NCBI GenBank assembly: GCA_963827475.1
Contig: CAWHAZ010000003.1
Location: 1-64,000, forward strand
Reading direction: 5' to 3'
Source of the DNA: an uncultured Chloroflexia bacterium
GTDB lineage: Bacteria > Chloroflexota > Limnocylindria > QHBO01
DNA: 64,000 bases
Made by a program: the position numbers and the translations under genes. The notes below the pieces were generated by a model. It made no database searches. It saw nothing but the letters and a program-made list of their open reading frames with translations, and was not told the DNA's origin. Below are positions 21,406-30,935 of the stretch, one piece after another. Each line of letters opens with the position of its first letter. Within the stretch, counting starts at the first letter, position 1.

Positions 21406-21869
21406 CGGGACCGTTCGGCGGCTGCCGCGGCGGCGGCGGGCATGGCGGCGAGGAGCCGCTCCGCGTTCTCGACGACCTCCCGCTCGGTCGCGTAGTTCAT
21501 GAGCCGCGTCGCTTCGCCGATCGGCACCCACCGGACGTCGTCGAACTCGTGGTCATGATCCTCCATGGCCCCGCCAACCGGGCGCATGAGGAAGAAATGG
21601 ACCGTCTTGAAGTACCGGGTCGAGCCGCGAGTGAAGACGTAGCTGATCGGACCGATGGGACCCTCGATCTCGACGGCGAGGCCGGTCTCCTCGGCCGTCT
21701 CGCGGAGCGCGGTCTGCTCGATGGTCTCCCCGTTGGCCGGCGTGCCCTTGGGCAGGGCCCACAACGCCGGTGAACGGCGATGGGCGAGGACGATCTCCAG
21801 GCCGCTGGTGGTGTGGCGGTAGACGACCCCGCCGGCAGAAGTGGCGCGTGCGTTGCGCTTGACGGCCAC
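21402..21869 (-). CDS. NUDIX hydrolase (MutT1/Ap4A-hydrolase-like)
   Basis: SAGGVV, WALPKG and Nudix box GETIEQTALRETAEETG; GTG at 21869; stop overlaps the gcvT start. Confidence 0.88.
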   Translation of the reverse strand: MAVKRNARATSAGGVVYRHTTSGLEIVLAHRRSPALWALPKGTPANGETIEQTALRETAEETGLAVEIEGPIGPISYVFTRGSTRYFKTVHFFLMRPVGGAMEDHDHEFDDVRWVPIGEATRLMNYATEREVVENAERLLAAMPAAAAAAAERSR

Positions 21870-21877
21870 GCGCTCGG

Positions 21878-22126
21878 CTAGCGGTCGGCGCGGGGAAGCC
21901 CGAGCGGCAGCGAGGACCGGCGAGCCCGGTGGGAGGCCAGACGGCCGAGGTCCGGGAACCGGTACCGGCTGGTCTGGCACCGCAACGCGTGGACCGTAGC
22001 GGTCGTCCGCCGGTCGCGCAGCGGATGATGGTAGATGGTGGTGGGCCGAGGCAGCCCGTAGCGGTCGCGCCGCGCCGCCGACCGGGAGGAGAACAGGAAG
22101 TCCGTGGCGGTCGGGCGAGGGCGCAT
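21878..22126 (-). CDS. possible small Arg-rich protein (82 aa), or a non-coding leader
   Basis: Fills the gap between the GT4 and nudix genes, mostly G/C-ending codons, TACAAT 9 nt upstream; no recognisable motif. Confidence 0.35.
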   Translation of the reverse strand: MRPRPTATDFLFSSRSAARRDRYGLPRPTTIYHHPLRDRRTTATVHALRCQTSRYRFPDLGRLASHRARRSSLPLGLPRADR

Positions 22127-22128
22127 CG

Positions 22129-23388
22129 TCAGGGCATTGTAGTCGGCGCTTCGTTCGCCGCAACCTTCGCGGCGCGGGCAGTCAACACCTCTGCATACAG
22201 CTCGGCAACCTCGGCCACGCGCCGGAGGGCATCGAACCGGGTCGCTCCCTCGCGGGCCTGGGCCGCCATCCGGTTGCGCCGCCGCTGGTCGCCGATGATC
22301 TCGCCGGCGGCGCCCGCCAGTCGTTCCGCCCGGGTCGCGGCGGGCTCGGCCGGCACGACGAGGGCATCCACCCCCGGACGGAGCGTCTCGGTCACCCCGG
22401 GCCCGTCGACCGCGGCCACCGGAACACCGGCGGCCAGGGCCTCGGCCAGGACCAGGCCCTGTGTCTCCGTCTGCGAGGCGAAGATGAACAGGTCACAGGC
22501 CTTGACCAGGGCCAGGGCCTCGACCCGCGGGAGGCGGCCCGTGACGTGGACCCGCTCGGCCAGCCCGGCGGCGGCCGCCCGGCGCGCGACGTCTTCTTCC
22601 GCCGGGCCGCCGCCCACGAGCAGCAGCCGCAGCCGCGGCCGGCGACGCGCGGCCAGGACGAAAGCGTCGACCAGGACGTCGACCGACTTCTCCGGCGCCA
22701 CGCGGCCGAGACTGACAAGGACCAGGTCGACGCCCGGCTCCCAGCCGGCCAACCGACGCGGATGCCCCTCCTCGAGGGCCGCGATGGCGGCCACGTCGAT
22801 CCCGGTCGGGATGACCCGCACGATCGGGGTACGGCGGGCGCCGAGCGCGCCGCGAATCTCCCCGGCCAGGGACTCCGAGGGGGCCACGATCGCCGCACAG
22901 CCGGCCCACCAAGCGGCCAGCCATGCATCGGCCGCCCGCCCGGAGACGGTGGCCAGCGGCCCGAGGTAGTGGCCGTAGTCCGCGAACCGGGTGTGGTGGG
23001 TGAAGACCAGGGGCACGTCCCGGCGGCGGGCGACCGCCCGCGCCATCAGGCCGGAGGTGAAGGGCGAGTTGGCGTGGACGATGTCCGGGGCGAAGGCCGT
23101 CACCCGGCGGAGCGCGGCGGACACGACCGGCACCGGCATCCGGTATCCCGGCGGCGCCGGCGGCACGTGGTACGAGGGCAGCCATGCCATCTCGGGGTCC
23201 GGGCCCGTCGCGCCGGCCGTCCCCGGTTCGGCGCCCCGTGCGGGGCGGGGCACCGCGAGCAGGACCTCGTGACCCAGCGCGCCCAGGCCGCGGGCCAGGG
23301 TCTCGGTCGAGACCGTGACCCCGGACAGGTACGGCAGGTAGGACTCGCCGAAGATCGCGACGCGCAGGGGGACGAAGGGACCAGTCAC
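22129..23388 (-). CDS. GT4-family glycosyltransferase (glycolipid synthase-like)
   Basis: ESYLPYLSGVTVS, FTHHTRF, GRVAPEKS, FASQTETQGLVLAEALAAGVPV (Ex7E). Start approximate. Confidence 0.88.
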   Translation of the reverse strand: MTGPFVPLRVAIFGESYLPYLSGVTVSTETLARGLGALGHEVLLAVPRPARGAEPGTAGATGPDPEMAWLPSYHVPPAPPGYRMPVPVVSAALRRVTAFAPDIVHANSPFTSGLMARAVARRRDVPLVFTHHTRFADYGHYLGPLATVSGRAADAWLAAWWAGCAAIVAPSESLAGEIRGALGARRTPIVRVIPTGIDVAAIAALEEGHPRRLAGWEPGVDLVLVSLGRVAPEKSVDVLVDAFVLAARRRPRLRLLLVGGGPAEEDVARRAAAAGLAERVHVTGRLPRVEALALVKACDLFIFASQTETQGLVLAEALAAGVPVAAVDGPGVTETLRPGVDALVVPAEPAATRAERLAGAAGEIIGDQRRRNRMAAQAREGATRFDALRRVAEVAELYAEVLTARAAKVAANEAPTTMP

Positions 23389-23474
23389 CGGCGCGCATTG
23401 TGTGCCCTGCCGGCTCTGGCCTCCCGGACACGCGACCGATACACTCCACGAACAGCACCGAGGTGACATTGCCC

Positions 23475-24416
23475 ATGCCCCGCCAGCCCACTCCCGCCCG
23501 GCTGACCGATGAGCAGCTGAAGGATCTCCTCCGCCTGACCAAGGGCTCCGACAGCGTCGAGCTCAAGCTGACCGTCCCGGGCGAGGGCCATCGGTCCGCG
23601 ATCCGCTCACTGGGCATCGACGCCCTCGACGCCCAGATCCGCCAGGTCTTCTTCTTCGATACCCCGGACCTGACGCTCTACGGGTCAGGCCTCAACCTCC
23701 GCGCTCGTCGGATCCAGGGCAAGGGCGAGGACTCGGTCGTGAAGCTCCGCCCGGTGGATCCGGACCAGCTCGAGGCGGAGTGGCGCGTGTCGCCGAACAT
23801 GAAGGTCGAGGTCGACGCGATGCCCGGCGGCTACGTCTGCTCGGCGTCATTGAAGGGCCGCCCGGCGACCGGCGACACGCGGAAGGTCGCCCTGGGCGGG
23901 CTGCCGGTCCGGAAGCTCTTCTCCAAGGAGCAGCGGGCGTTCTACGATCTCCACGCCCCGGCAGGGATCGCGATCGACGACCTGTCGGTGCTCGGCCCGA
24001 TCTTCGTCCTGAAGATCACCTTCACCCCGGAGGACTTCGATCGGCGAATGGTGGCCGAGATGTGGTTCTACCCGGACGGACGCCGGCTGCTGGAGCTCTC
24101 GACCAAGAGCACCCCCCAGGAGATGATGCAGGTCGTGACCGAGACCCGCCTGTTCCTCTCCGACCACGGCATCGACCTGACCTCGGCGCAGGAGACGAAG
24201 ACGAAGAACGCGCTCCAGTTCTACGCCAAGGAGCTGCAGGCCGTGCCGGCAACGGCCGCGACCAATGGAACCGATGGGGCGGCAGCTGGCGACGAGTTGG
24301 TCACGGCCGCAGAAGCCGAGGGTCTGCCGCTCGAGGTGGCCGAGGCGACGACGGACGGTGCGCCGGAAGCATCAGTCGCCGGGCCGGACGCCGGGACCGA
24401 GGGCGATCCGGACTGA
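23475..24416 (+). CDS. CYTH/triphosphate-tunnel-like protein
   Basis: SVELKLTV (ExExK-like), FFFDTPDLTLY...LRARR, LELSTK; GAGGTG RBS before ATG 23475; acidic low-complexity tail. Confidence 0.7.
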   Translation: MPRQPTPARLTDEQLKDLLRLTKGSDSVELKLTVPGEGHRSAIRSLGIDALDAQIRQVFFFDTPDLTLYGSGLNLRARRIQGKGEDSVVKLRPVDPDQLEAEWRVSPNMKVEVDAMPGGYVCSASLKGRPATGDTRKVALGGLPVRKLFSKEQRAFYDLHAPAGIAIDDLSVLGPIFVLKITFTPEDFDRRMVAEMWFYPDGRRLLELSTKSTPQEMMQVVTETRLFLSDHGIDLTSAQETKTKNALQFYAKELQAVPATAATNGTDGAAAGDELVTAAEAEGLPLEVAEATTDGAPEASVAGPDAGTEGDPD

Positions 24417-24426
24417 GCGCGCGCGG

Positions 24427-24503
24427 TGGTGGGCGATACTGGACTCGAACCAGTGACCTCACGGATGTGAACCGTGCACTCTAACCAGCTGAGCTAATCG
24501 CCC
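24427..24503 (-). tRNA. tRNA-Val (anticodon CAC), CCA encoded
   Basis: GGGCGATTAGCTCAGCTGGTTAGAGTG-CACGG-TT-CAC-AT-CCGTG-AGGTCACTGGTTCGAGTCCAGTATCGCCCACCA; TATACT -10 at 24523-24518. Confidence 0.97.
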
Positions 24504-24549
24504 TTCGCGGAGCAGCCAGTATAGCCACGGCTCCCGGCGGCTCTCGAGC

Positions 24550-25851
24550 TCAGCCAGGCCCGGCCGATTGATCCGGCTCCGCTTCCAGGGCCCGGTACTC
24601 CGGATCGCGGACACCGGGGAAGAACAGCAGCGAGATCATCGCCAGCGAACCGAGCACGCCGCCGACCACCAGCGTGGTCTCCGGACCGATGATTCCCGCG
24701 ATCGGTCCGGTCAGGGCGAACGACAGCGGCACCAGGCCGATGCTGACCAGCCAGTCCAGGCTCGAGACCCGCCCGAGGAGGTCGCGGGGGACGAGCTGCT
24801 GGAGCAGCGTGTACCAGATGACGGCCCCGAACTCGAACAGCGCCGCGCTCAGGGCGGAGAGCACGAGCGCGTGCCACAGCTCGGTCATCAGCCCGAACCC
24901 GGCGATCATCAGCACACCGACCGTCCAGGACGCGAACATCGCCGTGATCGTCCGTCGCGGCAGGCCGGTCTGCCCGACCACCACCGCCATGACGATCGCC
25001 CCCACGCCGCCGACGGCAAAGATCAGGCCCAGCGCGTCGGCTCCCAGCTCGAGACGGTTCCTGACCAGGAACGGGAGCAGCACCTCCTCGGGGCCGACGA
25101 AGACCAGGAGGCTCAGCATGGACGAGACGAGGGTGGCCCAGATCCACGGCTTCGACCGGACGTAGGCCAGGCCCTCCCCGATCTCGCTCAATGCCTGCCG
25201 GACGCCGTGCTCCACGGCGTGGGCTCGTGGCCGGTATCGGATGGCGGCAACGAAGACCGCCGAGACCAGGAAGCTGGCGGCGTCCACCAGGAACGCCGCG
25301 CCCGAGCCGACGAGCGCGACGGTGAACCCGCCGATGGCCGGGCCAACCAGGCGCCCGGTCAGCGGTCGCACGAGGCTGCCGAGCGCATTGGCCTGTGGCA
25401 GCAGCGTCTCGGCCACCAGGTCCGGCACGATCGCGGTTGACGCGGGGTTGAAGAACGCGTCCCCGATCCCGACCACCGCGATGAGCAGCAGGATGTGCCA
25501 GATCTCGAGCACTCCGGCCATCGACAGGATACCCATGACCCCGATCGCGGCGGCCCGGATGAGGTCCGCCCCGACCATCAGCCAGCGGCGGTCGTACCGG
25601 TCGCTGAAGACGCCGCCGACCAGGACGAACAGGACGAGGGGCAGGGTCCAGGCCAGTCCCACGACCGACATCGCGGTCGGGACGTTGCTGATGTCGTAGA
25701 CCTGCCAGGCGAGGGCCACGAAGAAGAAGCCGTCGCCGAGCTGGGAGACGAACGATCCGGCGGTGAGGAAGGCGAAGTCGCGCTCCGCCAGCGGCTGCAG
25801 GACGCCGATTCGACCCAGCCCAGCCTGGAGAGCTCTGAGCGGACCCCTCAC
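24550..25851 (-). CDS. MFS transporter (DHA3/MefA-like)
   Basis: VSQLGD, GGVFSDRYDRRWLM (motif A), FFNPASTAIVP, LQQLVPRDLLGRVSS; about 12 hydrophobic segments. GTG start approximate. Confidence 0.88.
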   Translation of the reverse strand: MRGPLRALQAGLGRIGVLQPLAERDFAFLTAGSFVSQLGDGFFFVALAWQVYDISNVPTAMSVVGLAWTLPLVLFVLVGGVFSDRYDRRWLMVGADLIRAAAIGVMGILSMAGVLEIWHILLLIAVVGIGDAFFNPASTAIVPDLVAETLLPQANALGSLVRPLTGRLVGPAIGGFTVALVGSGAAFLVDAASFLVSAVFVAAIRYRPRAHAVEHGVRQALSEIGEGLAYVRSKPWIWATLVSSMLSLLVFVGPEEVLLPFLVRNRLELGADALGLIFAVGGVGAIVMAVVVGQTGLPRRTITAMFASWTVGVLMIAGFGLMTELWHALVLSALSAALFEFGAVIWYTLLQQLVPRDLLGRVSSLDWLVSIGLVPLSFALTGPIAGIIGPETTLVVGGVLGSLAMISLLFFPGVRDPEYRALEAEPDQSAGPG

Positions 25852-25861
25852 CAGAGATGGT

Positions 25862-26113
25862 TCAGAGGGCGTACGTCGCGCGGGTGATCGCGCCCAGGAT
25901 GAGCATGGCGATGAGCGGCGACCAGTCGATGCCGGACGTCGGCGGGATGACCCGACGAATGGGAGCCAGGATCGGCTCGGTGACCTGGTAGACAAACGCC
26001 ACGAGGCCGCCACCGCCCCGCGGATTGGTCCAGCTGATGATCACCCGGACCAGGATGAGGATCCACAGGAGCGTGCTCAACATCTGGAGGAAGGTGACGA
26101 GCACTGCCGGCAC
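25862..26113 (-). CDS. yggT: YggT/YlmG family membrane protein
   Basis: VRVIISW...VYQVTEPILAPIRRVIP...GIDWSPLIA. Confidence 0.92.
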   Translation of the reverse strand: MPAVLVTFLQMLSTLLWILILVRVIISWTNPRGGGGLVAFVYQVTEPILAPIRRVIPPTSGIDWSPLIAMLILGAITRATYAL

Positions 26114-26157
26114 CGCGGCAGCATAGCAGCGCCCGAATGCGCCTCCGCGGAGGGCGC

Positions 26158-26892
26158 TCAGCCGGGCTCGGGGCGCTCCCCGAAGAGGGCGGTCCCGACC
26201 CTGACCAGGGTGGCGCCCTCCAGGACCGCCGGCTCCAGGTCGGCGCTCATCCCCATCGACAGCTCGGGCAGGGGCGTCCCGCTCGCTTCCTGCAGCCGGT
26301 CGCGCAGCCGGCGCAGGGTGGCGAAGGCGGAGCGGGAGATCGCCGGGTCGTCGGTGAACGGACCGATGCCCATCAGGCCCACCACGTCCACCGAGGCGAC
26401 GGTCGTCATGCCGGCGACCAGGCCACCGATCGCGGCGGCATCGGCCAACGCACCCGGACTGAGGCCGTGCTGGCTGCCGGCCTCGCTCACGTTCACCTGG
26501 AGCAGGACCTGCGGTCGGGCGCCGTGCTCATGTGCCGCCTCGTCCACCCGACGAAGGAGCTTCACCGAGTCCACGCCATGCAGCCAGCGAAAGGCGGCCA
26601 CCGCTCGACGGGCCTTGTTCGACTGGAGATGGCCGACGAGGTGCCACTCGGCATCGGGGGCAGCCGGCAGCTTGGCCTCCCCCTCCTGGACCCGGTTCTC
26701 GCCGAAGCGGCTCAGGCCGGCCGCGATCGCGGCGCGGACCACCTCCGGGCCGAATCCCTTGGTCACCGCCACCACCCGCACCTCGGCCGGGTCACGGCCG
26801 GCCTCCTCGGCCGCCGCCTCGATCCGGCGGCGGACCGCGACCCAGCGAGCGGCGATGGCCGCCGTCAGGATCGGCTGGTCGGTGTCAGTCGT
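26158..26892 (-). CDS. yggS: PLP homeostasis protein YggS; start codon uncertain
   Basis: [41 protein letters not shown]. The frame is open and YggS-like up to 26892 (ACG), with no canonical start before 26781. Confidence 0.92.
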   Translation of the reverse strand, partial: TTDTDQPILTAAIAARWVAVRRRIEAAAEEAGRDPAEVRVVAVTKGFGPEVVRAAIAAGLSRFGENRVQEGEAKLPAAPDAEWHLVGHLQSNKARRAVAAFRWLHGVDSVKLLRRVDEAAHEHGARPQVLLQVNVSEAGSQHGLSPGALADAAAIGGLVAGMTTVASVDVVGLMGIGPFTDDPAISRSAFATLRRLRDRLQEASGTPLPELSMGMSADLEPAVLEGATLVRVGTALFGERPEPG

Positions 26893-28144
26893 GCTCGCGG
26901 TTCGGCTGCCGAAGGAAGCTCGGGATGTCGAGGTCCGTGTCGCCGTAGGCCGGACGGTCGAGCGAGGTCGGTCGGACGGTGACCGGCTCCCGCTCGACGC
27001 TCGGAGTCGACTCGGGGTCCTCGGGCGTGCTGTCGGGCGACTCGGGGGCCGGGGTGACGGTGAACGCCGTCCGCTCGACCCGCTCGCGCTCGATCTCGGC
27101 CAGCAGCTCGCGGCTCTTCTCGTCCAGCGACGACTCGATCCCGACGGCGGACCCGGCGTCGGCCGGGCGAACGGCCGGCTTCGGCCGGCTCCGCACCGCG
27201 TCGAACCCGGTGGCGATGACGGTGACCTTCACCTCGTCGCGCATCCGGTCGTCGATGACCGTGCCGAAGATGATGTTGGCCTCCGGATCGGCGGCCTCCT
27301 TGATCACCTCGGCGGCCTCGTTGACCTCGAACAGGCCGAGGTCGCTGCCGCCGGTCACGTTGAACAGGATGCCGCGGGCGCCCTGGATGTTGATCTCCAG
27401 CAGCGGGCTCATGACCGCGGCGCGGGCCGCTTCCACGGCTCGGTTCTCCCCGCTCCCGATCCCGATCCCCATCATGCTGCTCCCGGCCTCGCGCATGATC
27501 GTCTTCACGTCGGCGAAGTCGAGGTTGATCAGGCCCGGGACGGTGATCAGGTCGCTGATCCCCTGCACGCCCTGGCGGAGGACGTCGTCCACCACCCGGA
27601 AGGCGTCGAGGATCGTCGTCTTCTTGTCGACCACCTCGCGCAGGCGATCGTTGGGGATGGTGATCAGGGTGTCGACCTTGTCCTTCAGGGTCTCGGTGTA
27701 CTGCTCGGCGACGAGCTTGCGCCGAGCGCCCTCGAAGCTGAACGGCTTGGTCACGACCGCCACGGTCAGGGCGCCGAGGTCCTTGGCGATCTCGGCCACC
27801 ACGTGGGCGGCGCCGGAGCCGGTGCCACCACCCATCCCGGCGGTGATGAAGATCATGTCGGCGTCCTTGAGCGCCTCGTAGATCTTCTCGGAGTCCTCCT
27901 CGGCGGCGCGCTGCCCGATCGACGGGTCGGCGCCGGCCCCGAGGCCACGGGTGATCTTGTCGCCGATGCGGATCTTGTGTGGCGCGTCACTCTGGAGCAG
28001 CGCCTGGGCGTCGGTGTTCACGGCGATGAACTCGACACCCATCATCTCGGCCCGGATCATGCGGTTGACGGCGTTGCTGCCGCCACCACCGATACCGATG
28101 ACCTTGATCAGGGCGAAGTTCTCTGCGTCGGACCGGAGCGGCAT
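26885..28144 (-). CDS. ftsZ: cell division protein FtsZ
   Basis: [35 protein letters not shown]-terminal DIPSFLR; AGGAG RBS. Confidence 0.98.
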   Translation of the reverse strand: MPLRSDAENFALIKVIGIGGGGSNAVNRMIRAEMMGVEFIAVNTDAQALLQSDAPHKIRIGDKITRGLGAGADPSIGQRAAEEDSEKIYEALKDADMIFITAGMGGGTGSGAAHVVAEIAKDLGALTVAVVTKPFSFEGARRKLVAEQYTETLKDKVDTLITIPNDRLREVVDKKTTILDAFRVVDDVLRQGVQGISDLITVPGLINLDFADVKTIMREAGSSMMGIGIGSGENRAVEAARAAVMSPLLEINIQGARGILFNVTGGSDLGLFEVNEAAEVIKEAADPEANIIFGTVIDDRMRDEVKVTVIATGFDAVRSRPKPAVRPADAGSAVGIESSLDEKSRELLAEIERERVERTAFTVTPAPESPDSTPEDPESTPSVEREPVTVRPTSLDRPAYGDTDLDIPSFLRQPNREHD

Positions 28145-28222
28145 GGGACATCTCCTGGGTGCGTGTCGGTATTGGCCGGGCACGGGAAGGGTCCGAACCC
28201 AGAGTGAATGGGCCTGTCCGCT

Positions 28223-28293
28223 AGTCTACCGATCGGTCCTTCCGACCGAAAACCGATCTGTCCACAACCTCACCCGGAGTTGTCCACAACCTC
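28223..28293 (-). promoter_or_regulatory. putative ftsZ promoter with two DnaA-box-like direct repeats
   Basis: TAGACT -10 (minus, 28228-28223); TGTCCACAACCTC repeated at 28259-28271 and 28281-28293 (CTGTCCACA, TTGTCCACA). Confidence 0.6.
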
Positions 28294-28343
28294 GCTGCGG
28301 ACGGTGGACGAGGGCAGCGGCACTCCACACTGCTCGCCGCGTT

Positions 28344-29582
28344 TCAGCCGGGGAAGAGGCTCCGGATCCACGTCCGGGCCCGGCTCATGCCGTCGCTGAC
28401 CGGGGATCGGGTCACGAAGCCGATCGGCTCCGCCCCCACGTGGCGCGCGCCCCACAGCAGCAGCCCCAGCGACGTCGAGAAGGCGGGATTTGCGAGCTGG
28501 TCCATGAGGCCGCCCACGCCCTGCGGGGTTGCGACCCGGACCGGCATCTCGAGCACGTCCCGGGCCAGCTCGGCGACGCCGGCCAACCGCGCGCCTCCGC
28601 CGGTCAGGACGAGGCCCGCCGGCAGCGGGCTGCCGTGGCCCGAGCGCGCGACCTCCTCGCGAATCAGCTCGTACAGCTCGCGCATCCGGGCCTCGATGAT
28701 CTCGCTCAGCTTCCGGCGCTGGATCGTCTGGCCGCCGCCCTCGCCCATGACCGCCACGTTGATCAGCTCCTCCGGCTGGACCTCGACCACGTTCGAGGTG
28801 CCGTGCCGGATCTTCACGTCCTCGGCCAGGTTCAGGCTCGTCCGCAGTCCGATGGCCACGTCGTTCGTGACGTGGATGCCCCCGACCGGGATGACCGCCG
28901 AGTGATGGACCGCGCCGTCGACGAACACCGCCATGTCGGTCGTCCCGCCGCCGACGTCGGCGACGATCACCCCCAGCTCCTTCTCGGTATCGGTCAGGGT
29001 CGCCTCGGCCGCGGCCAGCGACGCGATGACCAGCTCGTCGATCTGGACCCCGGCCGAGCTCACGCACTTGGTCAGGTTCTGGAGCGAGGTGCTGGCCCCG
29101 GCCACGATGTGGGTCTCGACCTCCAGCCGGACCGCGCTCATCCCGAGCGGGTCCTTGATCCCCTCCTGGCCGTCGACGATGTACCCGCGCGGAATGACGT
29201 GGAGGATCTCCCGGTTCGACGGGACCTGCACCGCCCGGGCGGCCTCCGTCGCACGCGCGATGTCCTCCTTCGACACTTCGCGCCGGTGGCCGCTCACCGC
29301 CACCACGCCACGGCTGTTCTGGGACGAGATGTGGCCGCCACCGACCGCGACGAACGCGGACCCGATCTTGTAGCCGGACAGCCGCTCGGCCTTCTCGATG
29401 CTGGTCGCGATCGACTGCACCGTCTGCTCGATGTTGGCGACCATCCCCTTCTTGATCCCGATCGACGGGGCGATCCCGTAGCCGACCACGTTCACGTCAC
29501 CGGCGGGCGTGACCTCGCCGATGAGGGTGGTCACCTTGGTGCTGCCCGGGTCGATACCCACCAGGACCGTTTCTCTGTCCAA
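28344..29582 (-). CDS. ftsA: cell division protein FtsA
   Basis: GIDPGSTKV, GIKKG, ADVGGGTTD, PVGGIHVTNDVA, VLTGGGA; TTG start after GGAGG. Confidence 0.97.
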   Translation of the reverse strand: MDRETVLVGIDPGSTKVTTLIGEVTPAGDVNVVGYGIAPSIGIKKGMVANIEQTVQSIATSIEKAERLSGYKIGSAFVAVGGGHISSQNSRGVVAVSGHRREVSKEDIARATEAARAVQVPSNREILHVIPRGYIVDGQEGIKDPLGMSAVRLEVETHIVAGASTSLQNLTKCVSSAGVQIDELVIASLAAAEATLTDTEKELGVIVADVGGGTTDMAVFVDGAVHHSAVIPVGGIHVTNDVAIGLRTSLNLAEDVKIRHGTSNVVEVQPEELINVAVMGEGGGQTIQRRKLSEIIEARMRELYELIREEVARSGHGSPLPAGLVLTGGGARLAGVAELARDVLEMPVRVATPQGVGGLMDQLANPAFSTSLGLLLWGARHVGAEPIGFVTRSPVSDGMSRARTWIRSLFPG

Positions 29583-29610
29583 ACTCAGCCTCCGTGAAGC
29601 GCGGCCGACC

Positions 29611-29934
29611 TTACAGGAAGTGGCGCCGGATCAGGGCCACGTTCTGGAAGATGCGCAGGCCGAAGGCGATGAGCGCGACGAGATACAGGTCGATCCCGAG
29701 CCGATCCCCGACGAAGGTCAGCACCACCGCCACCGCGGTGTTGGCGACGAAGCCGCTGAGGAAGATCCGGTTGTCGTACTGCCCGTCGAGCTCGGCTCGG
29801 ACGGCGCCGAGGATCGAGTCGAGGCCGGCGAGGATGGCGACCGCGGTGTAGCGGGCGAGGTCGGGGGTCACGCTGACGTTGAGCAGCAGGCCCAGCAGGA
29901 TGCCGAGCCCGAGCCCAACAAGCGGGAGCCACAT
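29611..29934 (-). CDS. small basic protein family (Sbp/DUF1290)
   Basis: MWLPLVGL...YTAVAILAGLDSILGAVRA...FLSGFVAN...GDRLGIDLY...FGLRIFQNVALIRR. Confidence 0.88.
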   Translation of the reverse strand: MWLPLVGLGLGILLGLLLNVSVTPDLARYTAVAILAGLDSILGAVRAELDGQYDNRIFLSGFVANTAVAVVLTFVGDRLGIDLYLVALIAFGLRIFQNVALIRRHFL

Positions 29935-29995
29935 CCGGAGGTTCGACGACACGGCGCTCGGTCGGGATCCGGGTGCCGCCGTTCGGCGAGCGGTC

Positions 29996-30935
29996 TCAGC
30001 CCCGGGCACGGAAATATACCCTCCCCGGATTTCGGGCATCGATCCACGCCACTCCCGCCTCCGGGTGCTGGGCGAAGAGCGTTCGAATGCTGACCGCCTG
30101 GTCCAACACCCGGGACCGGATGGTGGCCGAGGTGTCGGCCGGGTCACTGCCGTAGTACCCCATCGCGGCCTGCCAGCCGGCCTGGGGCGAGGTGAGGATG
30201 AATCCGTAGGTGGGGTCGACCGAGATCCGAAGGATCGTCGAGGCCGACCCGAGCCGGCTGGCCGGCAGGTCGCCGAGGGCGAGCGCCGCGTCGACCTCGT
30301 CGATCGGCAGCTGGTCGCCGATCCACAGGTCGTGGGACGCCTCCCGCTGGTCGTCGACGAACGGCAGCTCCGCGTAAGCGTCGGGCACGATCGCGTCCCG
30401 GGACTGGGTGCCGACCACGGTCCCGTCCTCGGCGACCAGCAGCTGAGCGGCGCTGGTGCGCCAGACGGCGACGGCATCGCCCTCCACCAACGCCACCTGC
30501 ACCTGCCCGAACAGGCCGATGTCCACGGTCGCGCTCTCGACGCCGGGCAGCTCCCCGAGCTCGGTCGCGATCAGGCCCGCGTCCACCAGCAGCGCGCTGT
30601 CCCCCATCATCGGTCCGGTCACCGCGTCAAGCGCGGCCGGCTCGGTCCAGTCAGCCCCGCTGTAGGCCACGGCTCGGATCCGCAGCGCCGGCCCGCCGAC
30701 CAGCCACACGCCGACCGCCACCAGGGCTGCGCACAGTATCGCCGCCGTGATCCGGGTCCAGTTGATGCGCCGCCGACGGCGGCGCGGCTGGGACGGGGCC
30801 GCCGGCTTTCGCGCCGCGCGTCGGACGGCCGCGGCCCTTGACCCGGGTCGTCGACCGAGACTTGGGATCGGTGCTGGCCGCTCCCCGCCGACCGCGACGG
30901 GGCCGCGTGGGCTCGAACAGGCGCCCGTCGGTCAT
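29996..30935 (-). CDS. ftsQ: FtsQ/DivIB-like cell division protein, apparent frameshift in the basic N-terminal region (~30840-30900)
   Basis: ATG 30935 overlaps the ddl stop; basic tail, one TM segment, POTRA-like region (LPGVESATV), C-terminal WIDARNPGRVYF; position between ddl and ftsA. Confidence 0.8.

Noticed and set aside
21870-22130. Glycine riboswitch upstream of gcvT
   Set aside because: Conserved aptamer motifs are absent on the sense strand.
23400-24503. Genomic island integrated at tRNA-Val or tRNA-Ile2
   Set aside because: No integrase or transposase, and I saw no duplicated tRNA 3' end (att site).
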